Positions 1 to 11,300 of a stretch of DNA of 59,022 bases are shown here, one piece after another. The position numbers and the translations under genes are program-made. Every line of letters begins with the position of its first letter. Position 1 is the stretch's first letter. The notes beneath the pieces were generated by a model. The model ran no database searches, had not been told where the DNA came from, and saw only the letters and a list, made by a program, of their open reading frames with translations. The stretch comes from a virus (lineage: Duplodnaviria; Caudoviricetes). The stretch is taken from positions 1-59,022 of the IMG/VR virus record IMGVR_UViG_3300037195_000370; one strand, 5' to 3'.

Positions 1-77
1 CCGTTCAGGTAATGAAACAGGACGTTCACAATCTTCAGTTAGTTGTTCGGGTGGAGGTTGAAGATTCGGCGGCTCAA
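1..77. repeat. Terminal direct repeat (assembly overlap), identical to 58945..59021
   Basis: ccgttcaggt...cggcggctcaa occurs at both ends. 77 bp is a common assembler k-mer, and an ORF runs through the join. Confidence 0.95.
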
Positions 78-177
78 TGGATCCTATTGAGTCTTCGCAC
101 GCTGTCAACGCCAAAAGCGGGAAGATCAGCATGTGGATCTTCTCGACCTTGCCTTTTGATTTCTTCGATTTCTTCAT
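1..177 (-). CDS. o-spanin (Rz1-like lipoprotein), 5' part; continues at 58944..58816
   Basis: Manual translation MKKSKKSKGKVEKIHMLIFPLLALTAC-EDSIGSIEPPNLQPPPEQ: lipobox LTAC, Pro-rich, overlaps the 3' end of the i-spanin in another frame. Alternative start at 132. Confidence 0.8.
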   Translation of the reverse strand, partial: MKKSKKSKGKVEKIHMLIFPLLALTACEDSIGSIEPPNLQPPPEQLTEDCERPVSLPER

Positions 178-448
178 TTCTAGCGCTCAGCCGTTCTTCA
201 AGTTGTTTGATTTGGCTTCGCGCTTCTGCTAGTGCTTCTTCACCAGCTTTTCTTATTCTTTCGCGCTCTTCCAGTATCAAAGTTTCATATTTGATGGTGG
301 TTTCGGCAACGCCATCGTTGTAAGCATCCCACCGGATATACAGATAGGCGCCTGCCATCAGGAGCGCGCCCAGGATATAAGGCAAAGCGCGCCCAATGAC
401 AACCCCAGCGTGTGCTCCGACTAGCTTTGTTAGAATAGAAATTATCAT
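74..448 (-). CDS. i-spanin (Rz-like)
   Basis: Start re-called at MIISILTKL (GGAG SD). N-terminal TM helix then coiled coil, with an overlapping lipoprotein gene. Confidence 0.75.
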   Translation of the reverse strand: MIISILTKLVGAHAGVVIGRALPYILGALLMAGAYLYIRWDAYNDGVAETTIKYETLILEERERIRKAGEEALAEARSQIKQLEERLSARNEEIEEIKRQGREDPHADLPAFGVDSVRRLNRIH

Positions 449-451
449 GAG

Positions 452-600
452 AGCTCCCTGGACGTGCTGGTGGCTAGGCAATGGGTAATAGCACGGCCAG
501 CGCGGCCACAGGATGCCGTCAGAGGGCCGCTTTGTGGGCTGTTGGCTACCATACCACCCGCCAGCCACAAAGGCCGCTGCTGGACGTCCTCAGACGCTCT
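452..600. repeat. Dispersed GC-rich element(s) with CTGGACG/TCAG arms and a TC/GA-free core
   Basis: 455-473 equals the reverse complement of 44691-44709. 573-594 is identical to 31785-31806. CTACCATACCA at 546-556. Confidence 0.7.
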
Positions 601-829
601 TACCTTGTTCATAGCTAGCTGCCACATAATAGCCTAGAATGAGAGCAGACCACAACCCTGTCCCGGTCGTGATAAGCCAGCGAATGTCTTCCATACTTTG
701 GGCTGCACCTTCCACGAAAAGCCCAATTGGGATAAGGAGTATGATTGTTGATGACATCATTATGAAAGACGCCAAAGCAATTCGCCGACGATGGCGAAAG
801 CGGAGGTTCATTTGTTCTTCTGTCATCAT
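590..829 (-). CDS. Holin-like membrane protein
   Basis: 79 aa, two hydrophobic helices after a basic RHRRR patch, just upstream of the spanins. Confidence 0.55.
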   Translation of the reverse strand: MMTEEQMNLRFRHRRRIALASFIMMSSTIILLIPIGLFVEGAAQSMEDIRWLITTGTGLWSALILGYYVAASYEQGKSV

Positions 830-3291
830 TGATTAAACGTGAACGGCAAGAAACCGTATTCATCAGAGTTGAGAACATCAGGATCAGGAGAAGTGTAGTT
901 CCAGCGAGTAATGATTCTGATTTCTCCTTGTCCATTCAAAGTGACAGTTGAGAAATCTATTGTCGTAGATGTGCCAGAAACTTCTAGCTGAGTCAAGCTA
1001 CTAACGACAGCACCATTGTTATAGACGTAGACGTCGTAGACTTCCGAAACAGCATCGCTTACATCTGGAGTTTGATCAGCATCTGTTTCTAGAACGATTT
1101 GACTAGCCTCTCGGTTAGTCCTTTTCCAAGAAACTGTCTTTGTCGTTGTAGTTCCATCAACAGTTATTCCAGTTCTAGCACCATCAAGGCGAATGTCACG
1201 AACACGCTGACCACGCCTCGCCCATCGCTGCATGACTTGACTAGCCTCTGCGACTTCGTCATCATCGATTGCTGTAGGACCAACACGATCGAGAAGCTTA
1301 TAGTAGAGAGTTCCCTCTTCGTCTAGATTATCGAGAGTTCCGAGACCAAACATTTCTGGGTTGATTTGCCAGATACGAGTTCCCACTGCGTGTTCTCTTG
1401 GGCGAGTTCCTAGAAGCCCACGATAGATACCGCTGATTGTCCAAGTTCCATCAAGATTATCGACCGCTGATGTATAACCGATAAATTCACCATCCATGTA
1501 GATAATGCCGACTTCGCCCAGCCTGATATCACTCACTGAGGAAGCTGGGAAGAATTCTCCGACAACATTGCTGATTGTGAAACCAGTAGCGTCCACACCA
1601 TCAAATCCGGCTGTTTGACTATATGTTGAAGTCAAAGTCCCGGAACCAGGATAATCTAGCTCTTGAGGCTCCCTTGTATCAAGATCGCCCGACACAATTC
1701 CAGCGAGAAGATCATAGGTTGAGGAAGCTGTTGAAGGCTTGAGAGCTAAAGGTATCACACCAGCATTACCATCAGGAATTGGGAACTCAACTCGGTTCAT
1801 ATAGAACCTAGGCATTTCTACGATTTCTGAGGTAACGATCTGTTGAGGATCAACGATAGGAGCAACCCAATTGGTCTGCTCTGGGGAAGCGAAAACCACA
1901 GTAGAAAGAGCGAACTTGTCCTGCAAGCACCGAACAACAATCTTACCGTCTAACAGCGATCCAAAGTCAAACTCTTGAACTCGAAGAACAAGATTTTGAA
2001 TTCCATACTCCGACCAGTTCAGCTTGAAGACATCACCCGGTCGCAGAGTATTGGCATTTCTGTTCATTTGCAAAGTTATTCTGAAAAGAGGAATTGAAAG
2101 CTGTGCTCTTTCACGAGAAGCGATTTGATTGGCAAGATCAGGATCATAGCAGAATGGCATTGCAATCGTAGTGCTGCGAAGACGCCCAATCATCCCAGCA
2201 GTCGCCATGTCTTGGGACACAGCTACGATATCGCTGTCTTTCTCTCTTGAACGGAAGCTGACCTTCACTTGGGCGATAACTTCGTCCCAGCCAGAACGTG
2301 AGAAATTATCAACTTTGATGATATCATCTTCATCATAAGTTGGGATCACGTTGATATCATAATCTTCACGAATCAGCTTGAATTTGATCCTTCCTGTTTC
2401 AGGATCTTGATAAGCCACACCATCTATTTGACGAAGAATTTCTTCAACGACTTTCTTACCAGTAGATTCAGCAGTTACTTGAACGCTGACCCCATTACCT
2501 TCTAGATATAGTGTTTCTCCGATGCTGATCAAGCTGCTGATATCAAGCAGCGAGGGAGAAATACCCAGACCTCTCCATTCATCAGTGAAGATCTGATAGA
2601 GAGCCTCTGCTGGATTCATGTCTTCACCAATCTTACCGGCCCCGGTAAGACCGAGATCATTGGTATAGCATTCTAGAATGAACGACATCTTCCGAAGTTG
2701 GGCAGATTCTCCTAGCTCCCCGCCGAGAACGATATGCGAAGTCCCAAGATAAGCAGGAACTTGACCAGCACCTACTTTGTTCTCTATTAGAAGATCAACG
2801 GGCTGATCTACTAAGTTGTCTGCACCAGAGTAGAAGGTTCCGGCCATATTCATTTCGCCGCCCTTCTTATACCCTCCGAAGCTGATGCCTACGTTACTCA
2901 CAGCAGCAGGACCAGCGCCGCCGGTGTTGCCAGACCAAGCCAGCTTATCATCAACGTAGATCTCTGTGCAGGTTATGCCCGGACCCATAGCCAAAGCCAG
3001 ATCCATTGTGAGATAATACCTGTATGCGACGATTACTCTTGTTGAAGAGAAAAGTCCAGTCTTTACTTTTTCTTTGATCGGAACCGTGTAGAAATCTCCA
3101 TACCAGATCACATTGGGCGCTTTCATACGAACCTTACCCAAGATGAGAGGGATTGGAGCGTTTTCAGTCGCTCTCGGAAAATTCACGTCGTCAAGAGTTT
3201 GAGCTCTCGCATTTTCAACTTCCGGCTTTGGTGCCAGCAAGGCCACAACCAGAAATGAAACAACGAATAGAGCAAGCGTGAACCAAATCAT
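826..3291 (-). CDS. Tail tip / central tail protein (Phage-tail_3, GTA g15-like)
   Basis: 821 aa with FPRATENAPIPLILG, PNVIWYGD, MNPAEALY and RGLLGT motifs; last gene of the tail operon. Confidence 0.8.
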   Translation of the reverse strand: MIWFTLALFVVSFLVVALLAPKPEVENARAQTLDDVNFPRATENAPIPLILGKVRMKAPNVIWYGDFYTVPIKEKVKTGLFSSTRVIVAYRYYLTMDLALAMGPGITCTEIYVDDKLAWSGNTGGAGPAAVSNVGISFGGYKKGGEMNMAGTFYSGADNLVDQPVDLLIENKVGAGQVPAYLGTSHIVLGGELGESAQLRKMSFILECYTNDLGLTGAGKIGEDMNPAEALYQIFTDEWRGLGISPSLLDISSLISIGETLYLEGNGVSVQVTAESTGKKVVEEILRQIDGVAYQDPETGRIKFKLIREDYDINVIPTYDEDDIIKVDNFSRSGWDEVIAQVKVSFRSREKDSDIVAVSQDMATAGMIGRLRSTTIAMPFCYDPDLANQIASRERAQLSIPLFRITLQMNRNANTLRPGDVFKLNWSEYGIQNLVLRVQEFDFGSLLDGKIVVRCLQDKFALSTVVFASPEQTNWVAPIVDPQQIVTSEIVEMPRFYMNRVEFPIPDGNAGVIPLALKPSTASSTYDLLAGIVSGDLDTREPQELDYPGSGTLTSTYSQTAGFDGVDATGFTISNVVGEFFPASSVSDIRLGEVGIIYMDGEFIGYTSAVDNLDGTWTISGIYRGLLGTRPREHAVGTRIWQINPEMFGLGTLDNLDEEGTLYYKLLDRVGPTAIDDDEVAEASQVMQRWARRGQRVRDIRLDGARTGITVDGTTTTKTVSWKRTNREASQIVLETDADQTPDVSDAVSEVYDVYVYNNGAVVSSLTQLEVSGTSTTIDFSTVTLNGQGEIRIITRWNYTSPDPDVLNSDEYGFLPFTFNQ

Positions 3292-4094
3292 GTCAAAGTG
3301 CTCGTGAATGGGTTTCTATCTGGAACAATCGGAAATCCTCCGAACCTGTCACCATTAGCGAATTTATTCTTGCAGTCGCCATTGAAAGCGTGATCACAAC
3401 CTTTTCTTAACGTGATTGTATCACCAACTGACAAGTTCGCGAAAGGATAGGTAACAGTGATATCGGTTCCTAGAACTTCTGTGATCATCCTTTGCTCGCC
3501 ACCCGGAGAGATCATTTGACCAGCGACTGCGTCGTTCGGTGCCCAGGGATAGCTATCAACTCTTATGATGTTTCCAGTAACTTGGGTGACTGTCGTGATA
3601 TGCTGATGAAGAGTAGGATCAACACCGCATCTACTATCATACAGAACATAGTTGCACGGAGCCTGATATCTCGGGGTTGGAGCATTCCCATTCAAGGCAT
3701 ATGACATCAAAGCCGGAACTTTGAGTTTCGCTATTCTGCCCTCTACTGAAAAACCTGTCACCCTTCCTTCCCAGAGGATAACAGAATCGTTTGGATTTTG
3801 TTCGTGGGCTCTCAACAGTGTGAGGACCAATTCTGGAGGAGCGTTCTGATACGCATAATCTGTCACCATTTGAATATCAAATGGGACTGTGATTTCTAAG
3901 GCGTTTTCAGTTTGGTCTTGAGTTGAAACCTTCAGCTTGTTTCTGCTGATAGGCAAAGGTTCGAAGACTTCACCATTAGAAGTGACCTGTTCAGTAAAGC
4001 TGGTGAATCTGTATGTGTTGAAAGTCCCAGAGAACCTGTATAGTTCCATGGGTCTAGCAGTTGTGAAACCAGTCTCTTCATCTTGATATGGCAT
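3288..4094 (-). CDS. Baseplate hub protein (DUF2163/BR0599, GTA g13-like)
   Basis: CNYVLYDSRCGV and GCDH...CKNKFANGDRFGGFP Cys motifs. Confidence 0.85.
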   Translation of the reverse strand: MPYQDEETGFTTARPMELYRFSGTFNTYRFTSFTEQVTSNGEVFEPLPISRNKLKVSTQDQTENALEITVPFDIQMVTDYAYQNAPPELVLTLLRAHEQNPNDSVILWEGRVTGFSVEGRIAKLKVPALMSYALNGNAPTPRYQAPCNYVLYDSRCGVDPTLHQHITTVTQVTGNIIRVDSYPWAPNDAVAGQMISPGGEQRMITEVLGTDITVTYPFANLSVGDTITLRKGCDHAFNGDCKNKFANGDRFGGFPIVPDRNPFTSTLT

Positions 4095-5825
4095 CTATTC
4101 ATCCGAACTAAACATACCGAAGCTGACTTCACTGTAGTTCGCCCAATGCTTAAAGGCAATCCTATCTGAAGCTCTCCATTTCATTAGAAAACTGATCAGC
4201 TTGATAGATTCGTTTTCTGGAGTATCAGGAATCGGAGGCGAGAAACTGATTGTTGCTGTTCCGTCTTCGTTTGTGACCGCACTATTTATCGTATGCTGAG
4301 AAGTAGATCCATCAGGATATTCGATTTGAATTCTCTTCCAAGTGTCATACTGATAGTATAGTCCCGGGAAATAATCCTCATTCACAATCAGCGTAGATGC
4401 CAGACGGAAGTTCTGATTTGGGTTCTGCAGAGTAAGATCAGGAAACCAAGTTGCCATCAAGAAAGATTTCTGACCTCCACGAACACTGTCTGCGAAAGAA
4501 CGCCAGTAGTCCATTTCATCTGGATCAAAAATTCGTTGAATCCTGAAAGCCCTAGTTCCAGAGATTTTCGGATGAAGCCAGGAGCTCTTGATTTCTCGAG
4601 CTCCTGTGTCATTATCTAGAATCTCTCTTTCAAAATTAAATTTCTCATCAGCAGAGATCAAGGGCCTTCTGTTCAAGAACGGAATTCCATCAAACGTGTC
4701 GATCGTCCTAGACGAGTTAGGACGGACTACAGTCTTTTCTTCAAAGCTGTCGGCTTTCACTGATAGCTTACCAGTTACGTTTCTCATATTGATACCACTA
4801 CCATCATTGATGATAGCGTTGATAGCTGGCGCTGCGACCCAATGAGTATCGACATCAACACCGAGAGGACTTTGAAGAGTTATTCCATCAAGATCGACAG
4901 ATGTGATTTTACTGATGACGATTTCCTCTGTGGTTGGATTTACAATAACAGCGAAATCTTCTGCTCTGAAATTCGAGTCAGAATTGTTTAGGAATATTTT
5001 CGTAGCGCCGATAAGACTTGGCTGATCCAAGTTCACCGAATACTGATACATCGGGACAAGCGATTGAGCACCGATATTCTTTCTTACGACGTTGTATTGT
5101 TCTCTTCGCTGTCTGGTATCGATTATTTCAAAGGTGAACTCTTGACGAACTCTTGGGTTCTTCCTAAGACAAATCCTTTGTTCTTGACCGATATGATTCA
5201 CGAGAATATCAGTCTTGTATTCCCAGATCTCTTTGACCGGTTCATCCGGAATAAGATTGAAAGTATCAGAGATAGCAGCAATGACCGACAGATAGCCGAT
5301 CATATTAGTCGTTATGATCTCAATGGTTGCCTCAATGCTGGGTTCTCCAGGACCAATCTGCATATTGACTTCTCTGAATTGGAAACTACCGAGAGAGTCT
5401 CCAGCAGAGATGTCAAATGTTAGAACAGAACTTCCGTTGACTAGAACCGAAGACACAGTCTCTCTGTCTGACCAAGTGTTCCAGATATTGAAAGGGATAT
5501 CAACATTCAGTTGAGGATTATTCAATTGCAGAGTCGAAGGAATAACCCAAAGACGATAGTGGAAATCGCCGTGCTGACTCGGGTGCTGAAGATAGTTGAA
5601 AGTTTCACCAGAAGGAACACCTATCGGGTTGCTTCCTGAAACAACACCTAGAGCGAAAGTAGTTTCAAACTCACCATCGTTAACAGACTCTCTGATATTA
5701 TCAGGAGAACCAGCATACTGAGGAGGACAACCCGGCTGTTGAAGAATTAATTGACCAGACGGAATGGACGGGGTTGTCGGATCAATAAAAGCCACAAGGT
5801 TTTCATCTGTGAGAACAGCGGGCAT
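4095..5825 (-). CDS. Virion tail / distal tail protein
   Basis: 576 aa; FHYRLWVIP and EIWEYKTDIL...EQRICLR motifs typical of YuA-like tail proteins; synteny. Confidence 0.7.
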   Translation of the reverse strand: MPAVLTDENLVAFIDPTTPSIPSGQLILQQPGCPPQYAGSPDNIRESVNDGEFETTFALGVVSGSNPIGVPSGETFNYLQHPSQHGDFHYRLWVIPSTLQLNNPQLNVDIPFNIWNTWSDRETVSSVLVNGSSVLTFDISAGDSLGSFQFREVNMQIGPGEPSIEATIEIITTNMIGYLSVIAAISDTFNLIPDEPVKEIWEYKTDILVNHIGQEQRICLRKNPRVRQEFTFEIIDTRQRREQYNVVRKNIGAQSLVPMYQYSVNLDQPSLIGATKIFLNNSDSNFRAEDFAVIVNPTTEEIVISKITSVDLDGITLQSPLGVDVDTHWVAAPAINAIINDGSGINMRNVTGKLSVKADSFEEKTVVRPNSSRTIDTFDGIPFLNRRPLISADEKFNFEREILDNDTGAREIKSSWLHPKISGTRAFRIQRIFDPDEMDYWRSFADSVRGGQKSFLMATWFPDLTLQNPNQNFRLASTLIVNEDYFPGLYYQYDTWKRIQIEYPDGSTSQHTINSAVTNEDGTATISFSPPIPDTPENESIKLISFLMKWRASDRIAFKHWANYSEVSFGMFSSDE

Positions 5826-6898
5826 CAGATCACTTTCTTATATGCTAGTCCATAGAGACCACTTGTGACTTGATATTGGACTCCGAGTGTGCTTTTGTTC
5901 TTTCTGCACAACAAAGGAAAGACTTTCCAGGTATCACCGGAATATGTGATTTCATCTCCTGGAAGCAAGTTCTCAAGAGAACAAGATCTAACATTTGGAA
6001 ACGATCCAACATTAATGAATCGAAGTGAAGAACTGGCAGTATCACCGTTCGCCACGAACATTGGAATTGGCATCAGCGACACACCGCCTGAGTATAGCTG
6101 AGACTGAGCCATCATTACTTGGAAAGAAACTCCCATATTGATTTCAGAGAAATCTTCAGAAGATGGAATAATTGAAGAAGAAGAGTTCTTCAACACATCG
6201 ATTATTCTGTTATAATCGTAGAGAGTATCAGGGCTGGGCCAGACAGACAAAGACGGGAAAGGATTGTTCGTGCTGGGTGTCATGAAAACGATCGGATTAT
6301 AGGTTTCGAACCTATTCGCAGAAAATCCAAGTCTTCCGGAGAAAATCCTGTTGATTCTTGCATATGCTCCAGCATTAGCGTCGTTTGAATTTTGTCCGGA
6401 AGAAGTATTCGGAGAAAAGCCCCTAACCGGATGCCCGCTCGCATAAGCGACACCACCATGTGACATTCCATACTTATTCACTTCCCCAAAAGAGAAGTGT
6501 CCGAATACTTGTGCATCTATTCCATTGCTGAATTGGACAACGACATTGATATGATCTCCAATAGAGGGATCAGAGAAAATATGCCAAGCGTCGAAAGTGT
6601 ATTCCATATTAGGAGCATTGGCAGAAGTCGTGTCACTAGATGCGTTAGTTGTCGCAGCAGCAGTGGTCTCTCCAACAGAAATTCTCAACCAGCGAGTAGT
6701 CTTTGGAACTCCAGCGCCGGAAGTGTAGTCTGTGTCAGAAACTGTGAAAGTGCTCCAATCAACTCCACGAACATTGCCTTTGCTGATCGGCCAGCCCGTG
6801 CCGACACCACCAGCCTCAACCCATCCATCAGCAACAGCATGGGCTAGAACCGCTGCCATCAAAGCGTTGTAGTCGCCAGATCCAGTAGAGTATGCCAT
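5825..6898 (-). CDS. Virion structural (tail) protein
   Basis: MAYSTGS start, GDEITYSGDTWKVFP...YGLAYKK C-terminus; paralog-like to the next gene. Confidence 0.7.
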   Translation of the reverse strand: MAYSTGSGDYNALMAAVLAHAVADGWVEAGGVGTGWPISKGNVRGVDWSTFTVSDTDYTSGAGVPKTTRWLRISVGETTAAATTNASSDTTSANAPNMEYTFDAWHIFSDPSIGDHINVVVQFSNGIDAQVFGHFSFGEVNKYGMSHGGVAYASGHPVRGFSPNTSSGQNSNDANAGAYARINRIFSGRLGFSANRFETYNPIVFMTPSTNNPFPSLSVWPSPDTLYDYNRIIDVLKNSSSSIIPSSEDFSEINMGVSFQVMMAQSQLYSGGVSLMPIPMFVANGDTASSSLRFINVGSFPNVRSCSLENLLPGDEITYSGDTWKVFPLLCRKNKSTLGVQYQVTSGLYGLAYKKVI

Positions 6899-8346
6899 TA
6901 GTTTTCTCTCACCACGAACCAGTTGCAGCCTTCCCTTCTAGTTCTGTTTGGGAAGACTCTGTAATTTTGACCAGAAATAGCGAAAACTTGTTCTGGTGCT
7001 AATGTAGAACCTGGAACAGCGAATACTCCTTGAAGAGCACCGATATTTCCATAGGTCTTGTTTTGAACAAGAACTGGATACAACGGAACATCGTTCTGAT
7101 TTGTTGGGTCTTGTTGATTTAGCCAGTGAGTATCAAATGTTTGATAATCACCGACAACGATATTGGGCCAACTTCCGATGAAAGTAGAACCAACATGAAA
7201 CGGCCAAGTCCAGAAAGTTATATTTCTTTGATACAGATTAGCCAAGGAGCTATCGCCTCTGTTCTCTAGGATATTCCAAGAATTATCCCAAAGACGAACA
7301 GCAGCACAACCATCTCCAGGATCTGCCATAGAAGAGAAACGATTGTTGTTCTCACTCAAGAAATTAAGATCATTGCTTGTGCTAGACAAGAAAAGAGGTT
7401 GAGGATAATCATCAGGAGTAGCGAAAGCAGCCAGGAATCCTATATACGATGAAGTATAATCGGACGTTCCAGACTTAGTCACAACGATCAATCTGGTGTC
7501 ATTCATATAAATCCAATAGGTTACTGGATTCACATCAAATAGATGAAACACCTTCCCATATCCGCCGATTTGCTGACCAAGATACGGGTTTGCAGAGTCA
7601 TACTCTGGGCTGATACCGATTTCCAAGAAGCTCGTGCTAGTGGCGGCATTGAAATGTCCGCGAGCTTCTATATAGATACGACGATTAGCATCGTATCCAG
7701 GAGCCTGCCAAATGAATCTATCGTTACAACTTTGAGAGAAAGAATCAGTGTATGGTAGAATAGGAACTGGAACTTCTCTTACATCGTAACCAGCACGAAC
7801 ACATTGAGTTGAGCTTATGTGATCGGAGAACAGATATCCATCATCGAATTGAAAAGTTTTCGTTTCATTATCAACCCAAGACAAGTTATTCACGCCGAAC
7901 ATAGTGGTCCAAGTGAGATCATCATTCGACCACTGAATGAAGAAATCACGAGGAGACTCATTGTCAGTTTGACATTGGACCACACATTCACGAACGATAG
8001 TCGGAGATCCACAATCCAACTTGATCCAGAACACATCGTCATTTATGTCGGCAGAACGAAAATAACCCGGAGGAGCCCCGCTCGCGACACCGGGAGTAGA
8101 CCAAGTTCCTGAAATGGCAGCGCCGCCCAGAGTGGAGCGGAATTCAATGCTGTTCAGTTCGCGAAAATCATTGTTGACGTCTTCATTCTCAATCCAGAGG
8201 AGACGCCAATACCTCGCTGATTTGGGAGAAACCGGAACCTGATCAGTTTCTCCACTAATCTTAGTCCAGCCATTCGCAGTAACTAGGGTATTGATTGCAG
8301 AAAGAAGTTCACCGGGAGTATTCGCAGTTCCAGTTGAAAACGGCAT
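6898..8346 (-). CDS. Virion structural (tail) protein with discoidin/F5-8C-like insert
   Basis: SARYWRL and SPRDFFIQWSNDDLTW galactose-binding-like motifs; GQNYRVFPN C-terminus. Confidence 0.65.
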   Translation of the reverse strand: MPFSTGTANTPGELLSAINTLVTANGWTKISGETDQVPVSPKSARYWRLLWIENEDVNNDFRELNSIEFRSTLGGAAISGTWSTPGVASGAPPGYFRSADINDDVFWIKLDCGSPTIVRECVVQCQTDNESPRDFFIQWSNDDLTWTTMFGVNNLSWVDNETKTFQFDDGYLFSDHISSTQCVRAGYDVREVPVPILPYTDSFSQSCNDRFIWQAPGYDANRRIYIEARGHFNAATSTSFLEIGISPEYDSANPYLGQQIGGYGKVFHLFDVNPVTYWIYMNDTRLIVVTKSGTSDYTSSYIGFLAAFATPDDYPQPLFLSSTSNDLNFLSENNNRFSSMADPGDGCAAVRLWDNSWNILENRGDSSLANLYQRNITFWTWPFHVGSTFIGSWPNIVVGDYQTFDTHWLNQQDPTNQNDVPLYPVLVQNKTYGNIGALQGVFAVPGSTLAPEQVFAISGQNYRVFPNRTRREGCNWFVVREN

Positions 8347-8349
8347 TCT

Positions 8350-11300
8350 TCACCCCTGAACGATTTGTCTGATTGTGGAGGCGTTTCGCTGAATCATGTT
8401 GACGACAACAGTTTCACCTTCTGAATTGTCAAACGCGCCGACAATATCGGAAGGCGAAATGACAGCCGCCACATTCGTGGTAGAGTTGACAACAGGAGCA
8501 GCCTGAGTTCCATCCATTCCATTAAGCCTTCTGTTCTGTGCGGCTTGCTGACCCGGAGTTAGGATGTCAACTCTTTCATCAGGGCGCTTGTTGAATGCCA
8601 CTATCTCAGTATCAGTCGAACCGGGTCCAGTTGGACTGAGGCTACCACCGCCAGCAAAGGAAGGCAATATCGAGCCGCCAAGACGAGCACCGGGGATTGT
8701 CCCACCGCCAGATACTCCAGTCAGACCAGCCCCAGGAATACCCAAGAAGCCACCAATGAACTGGAGAAGAAGTCTTTGGGCCGCGAGACGCAGCAACTGT
8801 GCGAACAGATCTTGGAAGAACGCACGAATGTTGAACTGACCAGTCTTCGCGAACTCAACGATAGCGTCTGCTGCTTTGCCTGCCGCACCGACCACGAAGT
8901 TTCCAAGCGTTTCGCCGAACTGACCAGCCGATTGGATACTCGAAGCGATTGCAGCACGGAACCCACCACCGAGAGTGTTGGCAGCGCGGTCAGCAGCGAT
9001 TTGTGTCTCTCGCAATTTGGTGTTGTATTGCTCCAGAGTTATCGCACCTTCAGCAAATAGTTCATTGAGCGCGGACTGCGTGAAACGAAGAGTTTCTTGA
9101 GGTCCGAGAATTTCTTGAAGAACTTCGCCTTGGATTTTACTAATCTCAAGAAGCCGTGTTGCTTCTGCAACTTGCTGAGCCTCCACTTCCGAAAGTTCGC
9201 GCTTGAGGTTCTTTTCGATAGAAAGGATGTTATTAGTGATCTCTTTTTGAACACCATACATTCTCTCAAGCTCGATCTTGTCCTGAATAGCGGATAGCTC
9301 AGAAGCAAAATTTGCAGAAGTGCCACCACCGCTTCCTGAGCCACCACCATCATCACTCCCCGGTGGGATAGACGGAGGAAGTTCAGAATCAGTGATAGTT
9401 CCTATTTCTTCATTAGCGATATTCTGACGCGCTCTTTTGATTACAGCGTCGCCAAATCTACTAAGAACATTTCTTACCCTGCCACCTTCGAAAGTAGATG
9501 TGAACGCTTCTGTGAATGCTTCTCCGACTTCTTTACCACCAGCACCGAAATTCGTTCTAAGATTATCGAGAGTTACTGGATCTAAGGTATCTTTAACCGT
9601 TAGTCCGAGTTTTTCACCTACTGCTGTATCAGCGATTAGGTTAAATCCTCGAATGATTTCGTTTACAGCCTCAATGCCGAGATTAGCGATATTTTCGAAA
9701 CCAGTTGCAAAGAAATCAGTGATCTGATCTACGATATACCCAAGAGCAAGCGGAAGTTGATCCCATACGGCGATGATGCCAGCCACCACGCCAGCGATAA
9801 ACCTTGGAACGGCTGTGAACGCATCAAAGATGATTTCAATTGATCTTACAACGAAATCCTTGATACTTTTTCCAACTTCATTAAACTTTTCGCCAATGAA
9901 AGAGAAAGCAGATCCTAAAGAATCTCTAATGTAGCGACCGACGGGAGCGACAGCCTCTACGATTAGCTGGAAAGCAGCGATTGCAGCATCTTTCAAAGAA
10001 ACCACGCCATCTTCGGTGACTTTGATTCTATCACCGAAAGTGAATAGAGCAGCAACTGCGAGACCTATCGCAGTAACGACCGCACCGATTGGGTTCGCTG
10101 CGAGTAGAGCAAACAATCCACGGACGGCACCGCCCGCCAGCCTAGCACCGCCCGCCAGTGTGGGGAAGGTGGCGCTCAGACGCGTCAGAACGCCTCCCTG
10201 AGCGGCTCTGGCAGCAGTTGCACGGGTAGCAGCAGCCGCCGCCGCGTTGTCAGCAGCAGCAGCAGCAGTTCTCGCAGCAGTGAGCTTTGTAGTCAGCCCA
10301 AGGTTGACACGTTCAGCATTCGCGAGACGAATACTTGCAGCAGTCAGTCTATCACGAGCAGCAGCGTTTGAAATGAACCTCCCAGTCAATGCGTCTCTGG
10401 CTCGCCCGTTTTGAAATGCAGCAGCAGCCTCTGCATATTCTATCTGAGCGGCTCGCACTTGGGCAGCAGATCTTGCGGTCATCTGTTGAAGATTAGCTAC
10501 TCTTGCGCGAGTATCATTCACAACAGCAGCAGTTGAAGCCACTTGTGCTTTCGTGTAGGCGACTTGTAGAGCTCTTAGTCTTGCAAGAGCACCGCCAGAT
10601 ATTCTAAGTTTTGCGATAAACGAAGTGAAAGAACGAATTACTTTTGAAGCGAATAGGCCCGCTAGAGCAGCCGCGACTCCACCTATCACAGTTAGAAGAA
10701 CATCGAAATTTTCAGAGATTTTGATGATCAAATTAGCGATTGCGGCACTAGCACCAGTCGCATCATCAAAAGCGTCCAAGAATTCCAGGAAGTTAGTTTT
10801 CGCAACATTGAAAGCTTGTTCAATCGTTGGCTGAGTTTCAGCAAAAAGCTTATCGATATCAGATTTAGAAGATTGGATTGCTCTGAAGATTAGCTCAGAA
10901 GTCAGCTTACCTTCACGACCAAGTTCTCGCAGAGTGCCGCGAGTAACGGTTCCAAATTGCTGGGTCTCATTGAGATAATCAACGATGATATCGGCAACAG
11001 CAGGAAGCTGTTCAAGAACAGAACGAAGTTCGTCACCAGACAGACGGTCGGAGGCGATACCTTGCCCAAGCTGGATTAGAGCAGCATTTGCTTCTCGTGC
11101 AGACGCACCAGAGATGATGGCAGCTTTCTGCAAAGTCTCGGTGACGTCCAGAATCTGTTTTTGGCCAACACCGAGATTTCGCGCAGAAAGCGCAATTCGG
11201 TTGTAGACGTCAGCAGTAGCCTGGAAAGAAGATCGACTTCTTCTAGCAACGTCGAAGAGTTGACTTTGGGCTGCTTCTAGATTTGCCGTGCTGGAAGTTG

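Noticed and set aside
1-77. Biological direct terminal repeat
   Set aside because: It is k-mer sized and falls mid-gene, so it is an assembly overlap.
445-627. 60-aa ORF between holin and i-spanin, and the extended N-terminus of the 74..568 ORF
   Set aside because: The sequence is explained by the dispersed GC-rich element, and the spanin has a better start at 448.
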